Shown in pieces: positions 48,297 to 61,900 of a stretch of DNA of 64,000 nucleotides. Each line of letters begins with the position of its first letter. Position 1 is the first letter of the stretch. This DNA is from Iphione sp. A-MEVVRFRX5 (lineage: Eukaryota). The stretch is taken from positions 63,984,001 through 64,048,000 of the forward strand of contig OZ320322.1 in assembly GCA_976226885.1 (NCBI GenBank), written 5' to 3'. The position numbers were made by a program, and so were the translations under genes. A model generated the notes under the pieces. That model had not been told where the DNA came from. It saw only the letters and a program-made list of their open reading frames with translations, and did not search any database.

Positions 48297-49763
48297 CAGT
48301 GGAACCTCTTCACAGCGGACATCAATGGGACTATAGTAGTCGCCATCCATGACTTCTTGTTTGTCCTTCAGGTGACTGGTAGCTTTGCAGGGTCCAGGTT
48401 ATTGAAACACCTGGGCTTCAGGGCCTTGCCAATGACCAGGGTCTTTTCAAAGTCCCCAGTCATGTTGCAGCACAGACAGATGGTCAGCCTCTCCTTGGCT
48501 TTCCTTCCTCCTGTTGCATCAGAACCCTTCACAGAGAGGGTCCTGTCAGGCAAGGCCCTGAAGAACACCCCAGTTTCATCTACATCGTAGATGTCCCTTG
48601 GGTGGTAGGGCTCTAGGAGCTGAGGAAGTTTGTCCAGCCATTCCTCAACAACCTCATCCTGAACTGCTCCTCTTTCACCTGACACCCTCATCTCTGCAAT
48701 GTTGTGTCTTGCCTTGAAACAACAAAACCAGCCATTTAAAGCCTTGAAGTTTGCCAACTCCAGCTGGGCTACCTCCAGGGCCTCAGCCTGTATCATAGGC
48801 CCTTATACAGGGATGTTGAGTGACCTGAGCCTAGAAAACCATGTGAACATGATACAGCCCAGGGTGCTCTTCACAGGCTTCGGACATCTCTTCTTGGCAT
48901 GGGGGTTGGTTGTAGTCTCATACTCCTCCAAGATTTCTGCTTTTCTCTTCATTATGGATGCAACCTGTGTCTTTCCAATCTTCCAGATTTTTGCTATCTG
49001 TCTGCAATTTCTGCCCTCAGCAGACTGAATCAGCTTGACCTTGTCTCTTAAAGACAGCATCAACCTCTTGTCAGGCATGTTTGAAGGGTCCGGTGACAGG
49101 TGAAGTGGTAGAGTGAAGAGCAGGGGCAGACTGAAGGCAGGCAGCTGTAGAGGAAAGGGCTGGCAGCAGCAAACTGAAGGGGCCAACAGTAGAGGGAAGT
49201 GCAGCAGCGGCAGACTGAAGGATGGCAGGCAGCAGGAGACAGTACGGTGGCAGCGGGAGAAGGTACAATGGCAACGGGAGAAGGTACAATGGCAGCAGGA
49301 GAAGGTATGACGTGGTCAGCAGCAGAAGAGTGAATGGTGCCAGTGGCCTGCTGTAGGGATTTATGTATGCATCAGGGTGTGAGGGAAGCCTCCTCCAGGG
49401 TGTCGAGACGAGGTCACGTTTCTCCCAGGTGTGAGGGTGCATCAAAGAAGTGGATGAGAGCGGTTCCTCCAGGGTGTGGGGATAAGGTTGTGCTGTCCTG
49501 AGGTGAGGGTCCATCAAAGATAGAGGGAAGAGCGGCAGCAGCAGAGTGAAGGGCGCCAACGGGAGAGAGAGTGTCCGCTGTTGACCCAGTAAAATTTGGG
49601 TTAGGGACCATCCAGGGACTGTTCAGAGGCTGTCCCTGAGTATCCACTGTGTCTGAGCAGTATTAAACATGATAAAGAGGGTTTTTGTTTGGGACTATCC
49701 TTTAGGCATCCATTGTAGGGGTTGTCCGCTGTGCCTTGGCGTCTGTTGTCAAGGTCTCCACTG
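48297..49763 (-). mobile_element. Tigger/pogo (Tc1-mariner) DNA transposon, internally deleted, with dead transposase
   Basis: TA|CAGTGGA termini at both ends with a shared CACAGCGGACA motif; psq/CENP-B HTH and DDE_1 (IYDVDETGVFFRALP, KERLTICLCCN) with in-frame stops at 48803 and 48368; ORF cut just after KKSWM. Confidence 0.88.
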
Positions 49764-50339
49764 TAATGGTAATCTCTTAGTATGGAGCCTAGGGCTCTGG
49801 CCTTTGTGATAATTATGCTTATTATATTAATAGGGTTGATTATAGTTACTATTTATTAGGGTTACAAATGGTTACTGTGATCATTGCACCAGGAACTCAT
49901 CATGTGCACCACTATAGCATGACTCAACAGCAAGCCTAAAAATTTCCAAGCATGGATGAAATCCATTTCTTATGCCACCAATGGTTATGTTAGTAATCAA
50001 AGTTGCTGCTTTTAGGTTTAAGCAGAAGTTACTTCAGTAATTTGGTCATTAGGTATATTGAAGAACAAGATGCTACCTTAGGGAATCATCACCTTGTGGA
50101 GTATCTGCAACAAAAAGTTCCAAGAATACTTACTACTTTTAACACTATTTCAAGAGTGAATTGACCTGATGCTTCAGGGAAGGGATTGATCCTGATCCGG
50201 TGCATGCAACGGGGATCGTGTAGAAAACTAAACAGAAAGCAGATGAAGCTGAGTAATTGCTAGATTTAGCTCAAGAAGCATTCATGGAAGACAAACTTCA
50301 GCATGCTGCAGGGTAGTGGGAGCAAAAGCTGAAATGCAA

Positions 50340-51050
50340 AAGCAATTCTCCTTATGGAATAGGGAAGAACACATCCCCATAGAGGTAAGCACCATAGATG
50401 GTAAGTAGAAAAGGTTTCGAAAAAACTGTTACTGCTGTGGCAAGACAGACCACATGGCAAAGAATTGCTTTGCCGCTTAGGGAAACATCAAGGGCAAAAA
50501 GTCCACTTGTCAGGTTACTTGCTTCATTTGCACGAAAATAGGGCACTACCAGGTGCAGTGTCCTGAGACCAAGGCTATGTCTTCATAAAGGAGAGGCTAG
50601 AGGCTCTGTGTACTGGATGTCTGCAAAGGATAGGTAAACGGCTCAAATATAAGTGGGACAAAATGAGTATCGTGCCATGTATGATACAGGAGCAGATGTT
50701 TCTGTCATTTGAGAGGATAATTTTGGGGTCCTATTGCAAGGAAACCTCATGTATTAAGAGGAAGAGCCCACTACCATGCTGAAAAGTGTGGAAGGCACTG
50801 AGAGCAGATGGGTGTGGAACACCTCGAATGCTATATCAAGGGACAACCCTTTAAGATGGGGTTCCATGTGCTTTCTAGTGTACGACACACCTTAATATTG
50901 GGAGGGGATTGGTTAAGCCAGCACACAAATCAGCTTTTGCCTGACTAAGGCATAGTTCATTGTGGCAAACTCTCTGTGCCTATGATTTGTGAACAACAGA
51001 TCGGAGCTGTTAGTTGTGCCTTAGGTGGGGTTTTTGTTCCCACTGGAACT
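50340..51050 (+). mobile_element. Gypsy-type gag-protease remnant
   Basis: CCHC knuckle CYCCGKTDHMAKNC (50427-50468) and aspartic protease YDTGADVSVI (about 50683); stops and frameshifts. Confidence 0.75.
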
Positions 51051-51563
51051 TAAAGAGTGACAGAGGGAAAGTGGCAGATATCATGTGAACCGGACACTAC
51101 ATTAATAGTTAGGGGATCACAGCATGGCTCTTTATTGGAAGAACCTGGCATCATGATTGTTAATTGTCTCATATATGTGACTTGAAATCAGGTGCCTCAA
51201 TAACACATACATGCTAATGAGTAAATCAAGAAATGTAATTGCTGAAAGAGGGATGATAAATGAAGGCCGTTTGCTCGAAATTGGGGTGATCCAAATTACC
51301 CCAATGCCTTCTGAGAGGCTTATACCCAAAGTGGCAAACTCTTATGGAGTTGCTGGGATGGAACAAGAATCTGTTCACAGCCTCTGACATAGTACTGGGT
51401 CAGATGTACCTAATTATAATGGACATAGATACAAAAAATCATGAACCAATTGCATAAAAGCCTTATCGTACTCATTTTGTGACAAATGACACATTGCCGC
51501 ATCACAGGATGACATGTTTTATGGTTGTGATATCTGTCAATCAAAGGGTTCCATAGCCATTAA

Positions 51564-52770
51564 TGTTGACATGAGGCTGAGTTGTAGTTAACCTGTTTAC
51601 TGGTAGGCGGCAGTAGGGGTTGTACATAGGAGGGCCATAGTTGGCAGTAGTGAACAGATTAATACTACATCTCCCCTTTTAAGATAGAGATGGTAATATT
51701 AACAAAGAAAATAGGACAAGACTGGATAGGTAGTTCAATGTTTACAATAAGAGTTCGATTCTATTGTCTGTTGGCTAGAAACAGTCTGTTGTTGATGGAT
51801 TCTTTGGAGGACAAGGAGTTTGTCATCGGCAGACTACTTCAGAACTTTGGGGTTTATTCTACCTGGCACACGAGAGGTCAAGCCTCTGTCTTGGTTTACT
51901 GATACAACCATATTTTGATCCTTGATCCAGACTATGTCTCTATTGGCTAGGGAAAGCAGAGCCACAGTGTGATGATGTAGATCGTAATGGAGTGCAGACT
52001 TCTCCCTGTAAGTTTCCTCCTTGGAGCGCAACTTCTCTTGATCATCATTGGGTGTCTTTTCCAGCATCGTCCATGTTACTGGAAGTGTTGACTGAATATT
52101 TCATTTCCTTAGAAGCTTGCAGGGTGACTGTTCATTCTGGAGAGTGGTGGACTGATAGGCCAGGAATCCCAGATGTGGATCAGTGTTTTTCTTCAAGATG
52201 TTCTTGGCAGCTATTAGACTGTAGGTACAGTGGAGACAAGGTAATGTGAACAAAGTTGTACTCTTGTGAGAAGGCTTTGAAGCTCTCTGAAGCATACTGT
52301 GATCTGTTGCCAGACATGACATAGTCAGGGATGCCATGAACACTGAAGATAGATTTCAGAGCTTCAATGGTATGTGCTGATGTCATCTGAACCAGGCGTC
52401 AACAGTCAATCCACTGTGAGTAATAGTCTACAATGAAGATGTATGTCTTCTTGTCAAGTTTGAAGAGGTCAGTCCCAACTCGCTCCCAGGCATATTCACA
52501 GAATGACGATGCGAGGAGGGGCTCCTCCCTTTCTGGATGGTGAATTGCACAGTTAGGGCATCTGTTGCACATAGCCTCAATCTGCTTGCTTATGAGAGGC
52601 CATTAACAGCTGCCCATAGCCTGTGATCAGCATTTTGTGATGCCCAGATGACCTTGGTGAATCTGCTCAAGCACCTCTAGTGCCCAAAGGAATGATGATG
52701 TGATCAATGTACATCAGTAGGTCTTTCTGGGTGGTCAGGCCCTAGTATTCTTCCTGTTTACCACCACATG
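51564..52770 (-). mobile_element. Gypsy-type integrase remnant with polypurine tract and probable short 3' LTR
   Basis: IHQGHLGITKC..CNRC, WERVGTDLF, VDYYS, FSVHGIPD, LAYQST; AAAAGGGGAGA PPT then TG at 51669, possible CA end at 51564. Confidence 0.8.
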
Positions 52771-53269
52771 GAGTCATGTCTGGTCTTTCACCCCTCCTGA
52801 ATTAATCACAAATATAAAACAACTGGCGACGAGGATGTACCTGAAACGTCTCAGGAAGAGAGAGGATATTGGGATATCCATCCCCCTGAAGAGTCCACTG
52901 GGCCTAGTTTTTGTAGGAGAGGCGAGAGAAGTCTCCAGTGAGTCTGACGGCCGTTTCGGTGCCATTTTGCCGCGATTTCAGTGATGGCAGGAAGATTGCA
53001 GTGAGTACAACCACCAATTCCAGACTAGTCTTTATGATTTTGAGTGATATACACTCAGGGAGGGAGTAAGACTCATTTTGCTGGAATTTTGGTGATTTTA
53101 GTTGACATACAGTGTTAGAATGATAGCAGAATCCAGCAGAGACCACCGGCGCCCGTTTTGACGCCAATATACAACGATTTCGGTGAGGTACACATCACCG
53201 ATGATGTTGTGCAGCACCACATCACCATTTTGCCACGATACTGGTGATGTGGCGAGGTAAGGGACAAGC

Positions 53270-53505
53270 CTTCTGTGTTATAAAAGCCTTCTGTGCTGTA
53301 CAAGTCATCTATGCCGAACAAGCCATCTGTCCTGTGCAAGTCTACTATGCTGTAAAAGACCACTGAGCTGTACAAACCATCTATGCAGAACAAGTCTTCT
53401 GTGCCGTACAAGTCATCTATGCTGAACAAGCCTTCTGTGCTGTATAAGTCATCTTTGCTGGGCAAGTCTCCTGTGCTGTTAAGACCTCTGTACTGACAAG
53501 TCATC
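53270..53505. repeat. About 33-bp degenerate tandem repeat (ctgtgctgtacaagtcatctatg)
   Basis: About 7 copies. Confidence 0.8.
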
Positions 53506-53689
53506 TGTGCAGTCAAGAAATAAAAGAGACTTTTATGCCACTGTATTTGATGATGTATTTGATGATGATGACTGTTGTATAATACAAATTCTTTGCAGGA
53601 GAATGTTGTATTTACTGTTACATTAACTTGTGTACCGATGTTGATGGGGGTTGCTAAGTGTCACATAGACTATATTATCAGAGTCACAC

Positions 53690-54270
53690 TGGTGACATGT
53701 ATTAGTGTGGTATCAGTGTTGGTGTGTGGGGAGTCAGTCAGTGTCTATTACGGGTAGTACCAGGGAGGTTCTACAAATTTTGATCTCACCTCTGTTGTGG
53801 GAATACCTTTTCCCAAATTTGAGATGTCAGGGGACATTTCATCACCCGGTACCCGCTGGACGTCCTTGGTAGATAGGTTGGAAAACTATCTATTGGCCAT
53901 GAATATAGAGAATGCGGACTGGAAGAAAGCATTACTCCTACATTTTGCAGGAGAACAGGTGGGAAATTCACAATATGATCCCATAGGTAGTTCCTCAGAT
54001 GTAAGGGAACCAGGTCCCTCCATCATACCATATTGTGAAAAATATCTTGAAGAAGTGTTTTTCACCCAAGAGCAACCCTGATTATGAGCAGCACATTTTC
54101 AGGAAGATGATGCAGTCTACAGGTGAGACAATAAACACCTATTATGTACAACTACGTAAACAAGTATCGAAGTGTCAGTTTCTGGATGTCAATCGGGAGA
54201 TCTGCAAGCAGATCATTCATTGCTGCCGCTCTAATGCACTACGCCAGAAGGCATTAGAAAGAGCCTGATA
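53690..54270 (+). mobile_element. Gypsy-type PBS-like tggtgac and gag remnant
   Basis: RWTSLVDRLENYLLAMNI..KKALLLHFAG; YEQHIFRKMMQ..GETINTYYVQLRKQ..KCQF..QII..LRQKAL. Confidence 0.75.
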
Positions 54271-54360
54271 CAAAATCAATACTATTGTAGTTACAAATTA
54301 GAATTATAAATTTCAATAATCAAAAATATCATTATAAATGTTAATCATATGTGTTTGCAG

Positions 54361-54615
54361 ATTTAAGGCATTTAATGGGTATGCTTCACATCTGCCACCC
54401 CGACAAGGAAGTTGACGGTTCTGAGAGAACATTGACGTATATCAAGCCAGCATGCAAGGCGATGTATCAACCGAACCGTTATCTTTCCATAGATGAGAGA
54501 GAATGGTGGCCTCGGCACGTTCCCCTATCATGCAGTTCACGCCTAAGAAACCGTCACGTTTTGGTGGTAAACTATGCTGCAGATGGGCCACTAATGGCTA
54601 CACGTATGACTTCGA
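54361..54615 (+). pseudogene. piggyBac-like (PGBD-type) transposase fragment bounded by splice sites
   Basis: FKALMGMLH..YQPNRYLSIDER(frameshift)MV..KKPSRFG.K..NGYTYDF; begins after tttgcag and ends before gtaagt. Confidence 0.65.
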
Positions 54616-55099
54616 GTAAGTAGCGAGACTGTTTTGTTATAATAATATTTCAGATTTGTGTTTGAGTAGCATTTTGCTTTTGTTCAAACCAGAATCCCTG
54701 TGTATGGCCTTCACATGTGCATCTGAACTGCATTAGCAAGCCACTGATGAATTGATTGTGAAAACTGAACTGCAGCATTTATAGTGGGAAAAGAGCAGGA
54801 GCAAGCAAGAACGGTTTTGGATATAGAGGGGGTCACACTTATTTTGGTGATGCGTTATTGGGTATTTTAATTCACTGAGAATCGTGATTTGCTGTCTAAA
54901 TTGGGCGCAAAACATCACGAAACTGCTACCGGTGATGTGCAATCAAAGGACAAATTCTCGGTGACACATTATGTAGTCTTTCTTTAAGCACGTTATTGGA
55001 TACCCCCTGACTCCCCTGTGCCTTTACTGGCTGATCTTTCACGTATGGGCCTTCTTGCTTGAGGCACGATGAAAGCGACTCTACACGGATCTCCAAAGG

Positions 55100-55330
55100 T
55101 TAGAGTGAAGCAAATGGTTATGATTCAATATCTCTGTCTGAAGTAAACGCCGTTACATGAGATACAGTATATATTAGTTTTCTGGTAACTGATGTTGTAA
55201 TGTGTTGTATACTGGGTGTGAGATGGGGTGGGCGCCCATGCTGGGGCAGCCAGGTCCGTAACATCGTGGTCAGCGATCCCGTCATCCTCTTGTCTGGAAG
55301 CATCCCTCATGGATGGCACTATCTTTGGTA
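55100..55330 (-). mobile_element. Possible piggyBac C-terminal cysteine-rich remnant
   Basis: KTNIYCISC followed by a frameshifted AFTSDR. Confidence 0.35.
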
Positions 55331-57460
55331 GTGCCTAACATGTAGGTCAGTGCTAACTTGCCTGACTTGCCTCTCTGCTGCTCCACTATTTCCAACGGTT
55401 CGTTTTGGTTTTGGTTAGGGTTGAGTGTGCAGTGTACTTGGAACTTAACACAGTTTCCAATCTCCATTTATCATCCTAAATCACAAGCTCAAATGTGTAA
55501 TAAACTGTCCTAGCCCTGTTATCAATTCAATTTATAAAGCACATACCCTTTCTTTTCTCATCCTAGCTATCTAGTTCCATTGGACACATAAAGATATCAA
55601 ACTCAGATACGGTTTCCATTTCTGACTGACAATTTACCAGTCAAGTCCCCTTCCTCTGATGGTCTAGGCCCTTATCATATGTGTGCATGTGCAGTATGGA
55701 CGAAAATTATGTCTACAGGTCCAGGGACATTTAATGCGTCCTGCTGAGTGTGGTTTAAGAACATAAAGCAGATGTCTCTTCACCATTGCTTTCTATAGTC
55801 TATGCATCTGTGTCCATAGAAAACCCATCCCTGACTGGTTTGTCATCTACGTATACGACTCCGTTACTGTAGGTCTGTAGATATAGGTGTACATCCCAAT
55901 GGTCTACATTTCTATAGTACGAGTAAAATACGTCTGTTCGAGTTAAAAGGGCATCTCAGTGAAATTACATAGAATCCAACTGTCATTAAGTGGCATAGAA
56001 TAATCTGTTTTCATTTTAGGGAAGAAACCAGCACACTTCGTTTTAGGACGCAGCAAATAAGACGGCAACGAAACATGGACAAAGGGTGCTAGAATTGCTT
56101 TATTCAGTATATCATGACATCTCTGGCCTGTTTATTTTCATTAAATAGTATGAAGATTATTCAGCGCTGGACAGTAAATTGGAAGACTGCAGTGTGGACG
56201 AGGGCCGGTCTGTAATGATCATTCGGTATTAAAACCCTGCCACCTGGCGGTGAAACAAACAAACCTGGATGACCACTGAACTATTTGAGGAGCGGTACAC
56301 AAGAGGAAAAGACAGGCAGACAGGCAGACAGACAGGCAGACAGATAGACAGGCAGAGACAAACAGACAGACAGAGAGAGGGAGAGAGAGACACATAGACA
56401 CATTCAGACACTCACTTCCCTTCCTTGATATGCTATAAGGCCAAACACACGATAAATAGTACATGAATTTCGACACTCTCCCTACAGAGGCATATTTTCA
56501 GATTTGTTGTCGTGTAAGGTAGGTGTTGTAAATTGCAGTGCCGGTACAGCACAAAACAGAATGGCGAACTTCGAGAAGAAAAGGTATCATCCGATTCCTC
56601 ATCCAAACGACTACTATTTTAAAAGAACAGATGAACGAAAACGGATTTTCTGGGGGTATTATGTGATCATTTGTTTTATATATAAATTATTCATCTTCTG
56701 TGGGAAAGAACAACAATCCCTCCTGAAACCCTAGACTTGAGTAAGAGCTGTCAATTAGGATATTCTTTGTTCCTTAAGCACAATGTATCTATGAATGCTG
56801 CTTTGGAACATTGTAACAACTGAAGCAAGACCACCTCTCCATCCCATCTTCACACCAAGGCAGGCTCCCTCACTGTTCCTACTGCCTTCCTTATTCTTAA
56901 TATTGTTAGACATGTCCAGCATTTGTCTGGCCATATCCATTTTAAATGTCAGATTACACTTTTCTCTCTTGCTAATGCCTTCATTTACCTTAACATCACA
57001 TTACTTTCATTCGGCATCTACAACCTTCCCCTTAACGTCGAACATGTTCGTTTTGTAAACTAGCTTGGTAATACATAATATCGTTAATGGCCTAAAAGGT
57101 ACAGTAGCGAGAGCGACCACCTGATAATGTATAGAAAGGGCAACAGATAGAGTTGAACTTCATGTGTGTACATCAGGAAGTTTTTATTGTAACATCAGGA
57201 ATGATGGAAAAACAATCTGCATATTTTTAGAGGGAAATGCAACAGGAAACGAAACATCCTAGTTTCATGGCACACTCTACCAAACCAAGCTTTTAAACCC
57301 TTATAACGATAACAAAAATATAAATATGATAATGCACACATCCTGTTAATGTACATGACATACAGGGCTTTTATGTCCATTTTGTAAACGCACAGACAAG
57401 ATGGGAGGGATGCACAATGAAGCAACTTGAAATGTAGATGTACTCTGCTGGAGCGAAGCC

Positions 57461-58290
57461 ATGACTAGGAACTCCTGGTAGAGCAGTGCCGTGACTAGGA
57501 ACTCCTGGTAGAGCAGTGTCATGACTGTGGACTCCTGGTAGAGCAGCGTAATGACTAGGAAATCCTGCTAGAGCAGTGCCATGCTGATAACTCCTGGTAG
57601 AGCACTGCTGTGACTAGGAAATCCCAGTAGAGCACTGCCATGACTAGGAACTCCTGGTAGAGCAGTGTCATGACTGGGAAATCCTGGTAGAGCAGTGCCG
57701 TGACTGGGAACTCCTGGTAGAGCAGTGTCATGACTAGGAACTCCTGGTAGAGCACAGCTGTGACTAGGAAATCCCGGTAAAACAGTATCATGACTAGGAA
57801 CTCCTGGTAGAGCAGTGCCATGACTGGGAACTCCTGGGAGAGCACTGCCATGACTAGGATCTCCTGGTAGAGCAGTGTCATGACTAGGAACTCCTGGTAG
57901 AAAAGCGCTGTGTCTAGGAATGCCTGGGAGAGCACTGCCGTGACTAGGAACTCCTGGTAGAGCAGTGCCATGACTAGGAACTCCTGGGAGAGCACTGCCG
58001 TGACTAGGAACTCCTGGTAGAGCAGTGCCATGACTGGGAACTCCTGGGAGAGCACTGCCGTGACTAGGATCTCCTAGTAGAGCAGTGCCATGACTAGGAA
58101 CTCCTGGTAGAACAGTGCCGTGACTAGGAACTCCTGGTAGAAAAGCGCTGTGTCTAGGAACGCCTGGGAGAGCACTGTCGTGACCAGGAAATCCTGGGAA
58201 AGCACTGCCATGACTAGGAACTCCTGGAACAACAGTGCCGTGACTAGGAACCTCTGGTAGAGCAGTGCTACACCTGGGAAATCCTGGCAG
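57461..58290. repeat. 30-bp minisatellite (gagcagtgccatgactaggaactcctggta), about 28 copies
   Basis: Two units per 60-nt line. Confidence 0.95.
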
Positions 58291-59244
58291 AGCAGTGCTG
58301 TGGCTAAGGTCTACGTTGAGCTGAGACTGGGGTGCTGTCAGAGCACTTTCCCAACATTTCACAAGTTGTATACAAATCAAGTATCTCTTAATGTACCTAC
58401 TGTAGGTGTAGGCTGACCTCAATTCACACAATGGTAAAAAGACGCGTTACATACTCTGCATAATCAAGACTTGGCAAAGAAACAATCCAACTTTGCGTAA
58501 GGTGAAGTTGGTATGTCTGACAGAACTGATGCAGAAAATTACATGGCAGTCAAACATTCTTCTAAAAGATTTACACAATATCGGCAATACCTGCTTCAAT
58601 ATTGACAATAAGATTATATTCCTCTTTGAGAAGCATTCTCCAAGTTACAAAAACGTGGAGAAACCAGATCGTAGTAACGACTATGGAAAACAATAACCCA
58701 AACATTTTCCTTCTTTAGACTTCTTCCATAGACTGCAAATGTTGTGCCTTCTTGTATGTAAAACAAGCAACCTTGTCATGATTGAGAAAGAAGTGCGAAC
58801 CAAGGAGATTCATCAAAAGCAGATCATTCCGCAGCATTGTAGACCGGCGGCTGCCTTATAGGCAAAGAAAATAACGGGAGAAAAACTCTCTGACATGATG
58901 AAGATTCTGAAAAAATCGACATTATGGTGAAATAGTGTACCATTTTAGTGTACATATGGTCATTTCAAATAAGTGATAGTTTCCTGTTGCTTCTTGGCAC
59001 TCGCTCCAGGACAGGGACATAAAGCAGGCGCCTGTGGAGGTTAAGAATGGCTTGAAGAGCTTGACGTAATGCACAGAAAAAGCCCAATATATACGGACAT
59101 TTTATACTACAGGTAAAACAACACTATTAATTAACATTTTTACAATGGTTACATGGCCATGAAGTCAACCGTTTAATTTTTGGCATCTAAACTGAACTTC
59201 AGTTATAAACAAGTACAAAAACAGGACTTAAGTCAAATGAAACA

Positions 59245-60320
59245 CAGCAGGACTGGCTGACCTGCCCGTGCTGGAGCAACTCTCACAGCTATAGGACTGG
59301 CGGACCTGCTCATGCTGCAGCATCTCTCACAGCTACAGGACTGGCCGACCTGCCCGTGCTGGAGCACCTCTCACAGCTACAGGACTGGCGACTGTGCTGG
59401 AGCATCTCTCACAGCTACAGGACTGGCTGACCTACCCGTGCTGGAGCATCTCTCACAGCTATAGGACTGGCCGACCTACCCATGCTGGAGCATCTCACAG
59501 CTACAGGACTGGCCGACCTACCCGTGCTGGAGCATCTCTCACAGCTACAGGACTGGCCGACCTGCCCGTGCTGGAGCACCTCTCACAGCTACAGGACTGG
59601 CGACTGTGCTGTAGCATCTCTCACAGCTACAGGACTGGCTGACCTACCCGTGCTGGAGCATCTCTCACAGCTATAGGACTGGCCGACCTACCCATGCTGG
59701 AGCATCTCACAGCTACAGGACTGGCCGACCTACCCATGCTGGAGTATCTCTCACAGCTACAGGACTGGCGGACCTGCCCGTGCTGGAGCACCTCTCACAG
59801 CTACAGGACTGGCCGACCTGCCCGTGCTGGAGCATCCACAGCTACAGGACTGGCCGACCTACCCGTGCTGGAGCATCTCTCACAGCTACAGGACTGGTGG
59901 ACCTGCCCATGCTGGAGCACCTCTCACAGCTACAGGACTGGCCGACCTGCCCGTGCTGGAGCACCTCTCACAGCTACAGGACTGGCCGACCTGCCCGTGC
60001 TGGAGCATCCACAGCTACAGGACTGGCCGACCTACCCGTGCTGGAGCATCTCTCACAGCTACAGGACTGGTGGACCTGCCCGTGCTGGAGCATCTCTCAC
60101 AGCTACAGGACTGGCGGACCTGCCCGTGCTGGAGCATCTCTCACAGCTACAGGAGTGGCCGACCTGCCTATGCTGGAGCATCTCTCACAGCTACAGGATT
60201 GGCCAACCTGCCCGTGCTGGAGCATCTCACAGCTACAGGACTGGCCGACCTGCCCGTGCTGGAGCACCTCTCACAGCTACAGGACTGGTGGACCTGCCTG
60301 TGCTGGAGCATTTCTCAGCT
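59245..60320. repeat. 44-bp minisatellite with shorter variants (gctggagcatctctcacagctacaggactggccgacctgcccgt), about 25 copies
   Basis: cccgtg at 59521 and 59565. Confidence 0.95.
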
Positions 60321-60530
60321 ACAATTTTCATAGTCTTTTGGCTGAAATATGCATTAATCTGTACAGGTTCTTCCTTCCTCATGCAGCTTTTGAAATTTAT
60401 CAACAGTATTAAATGGAAGCTTGCAGCAAAATAGCAAAACATGACTTGGTTGTCTTGAGCACGTCACTTTTCTTGGTGGCCTACCTCTCTGAGATCAAAG
60501 GTGATTCATCCAGTAGAACTGTCCCATTAG

Positions 60531-60706
60531 NNNNNNNNNNNNNNNNNNNNNNNNNNNNNNNNNNNNNNNNNNNNNNNNNNNNNNNNNNNNNNNNNNNNNN
60601 NNNNNNNNNNNNNNNNNNNNNNNNNNNNNNNNNNNNNNNNNNNNNNNNNNNNNNNNNNNNNNNNNNNNNNNNNNNNNNNNNNNNNNNNNNNNNNNNNNNN
60701 NNNNNN
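60531..60706. other. Assembly gap
   Basis: N run. Confidence 1.
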
Positions 60707-61320
60707 TATGTACTTAGTCCCTTGTGACCACACACTACGTGCACTCACTCACTGTGTCCTCCTGTCCATACATATTACTTTATCGTCACTTCTTCCCTGC
60801 AGCCTCTCAGGTCCTGACCTACTTCTTCACAGTTACCTGTCATTTAAACTGACTGAATTCACCATAAATACACTCAGCTGATAAAAATTCCCACGAGTTG
60901 TCACTCAACTGAATGAAGTGTCACACACACACACATGCACGCACGCATGCACAAACCCACTCACTCACACACTGGTCCTGATCACTGAGTGCAGTGGCCA
61001 CACTTCTTAAAAATGGTCCCCACACCATAAATGGGTAGACATACACGTTAGCCAGTGTGGGTGGGGTGTCCTTGTGCAGTCCGCGGCCTGGACAGACATT
61101 ATTGGGCAAACCAAAGACAGGGCACCCGCTGAAGAGCAGGGACACTTTAAGCCAGATTTAAGCCATACAATGTATTGTCCAGGAACAGGGACACCCCCTA
61201 AATGGGGATACATCAACTAGGAAGCAGAGGTGTCCCCAGGCATAACACTCTCCTGTACCTTCCGCATACACCTTCACACGGATGCCCGTCATCAGGACAC
61301 TCCACCACAGAGCCTTTCAC

Positions 61321-61900
61321 CCACACTCTCATCATGACCACCTCTCTCTCAGTATAAGACCTTTCCCCCACACTCTCGTCATGACCACCTCTCTCTCAGT
61401 ATAAGACCTTTCCCCCACACTCTCATCACGACCACCTCTCTCTCAGTATAAGACCTTTCATCCACACTCTCGTCACGACCACCTCTCTCTCAGTATAAGA
61501 CCTTTCACCCACACTCTCGTCACGACCACCTCTCTCTCAGTATAAGACCTTTCCCCCACACTCTCGTCATGACCACCTCTCTCTCAGTATAAGACCTTTC
61601 ACCTATACTCTCGTCACGACCACCTCTCTCTCAGTATAAGACCTTTCACTCACACTCTCGTCATGACCACCTCTCTCTCAGTATAAGACCTTTCACCTAT
61701 ACTCTCGTCATGACCACCTCTCTCTCAGTATAAGACCTTTCACCTATACTCTCATCATGACCACCTCTCTCTCAGTATAAGACCTTTCGTCTATACTCTC
61801 GTCATGACCACCTCTCTCTCAGTATAAGACTTCCCACCCTCACTCTCGTCATGACCACCTCTCTCTCAGTATATGACCTTTCGCCCACACTCTCACTATG
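61321..61900. repeat. 47-bp minisatellite (gaccacctctctctcagtataagaccttt), about 12 copies
   Basis: agtataagac at 61351, 61398, 61445. Confidence 0.95.

Noticed and set aside
56215-56300. tRNA/SINE-like head on the minus strand (tagttcagtggt ... gggttttaatacc)
   Set aside because: Degenerate B box and no cloverleaf; unsupported.
56750-58900. Additional piggyBac-like remnants (LTFKMDMARQML)
   Set aside because: One short motif only, heavily degenerate; needs a profile search.
57555-60434. Long repetitive ORFs (GVPSHGTALP; HLSQLQDW) and spacer-like arrays resembling repeat proteins or CRISPR
   Set aside because: Contiguous minisatellite units with no unique spacers, no cas genes and a eukaryotic context; frames are open on both strands because of low complexity.
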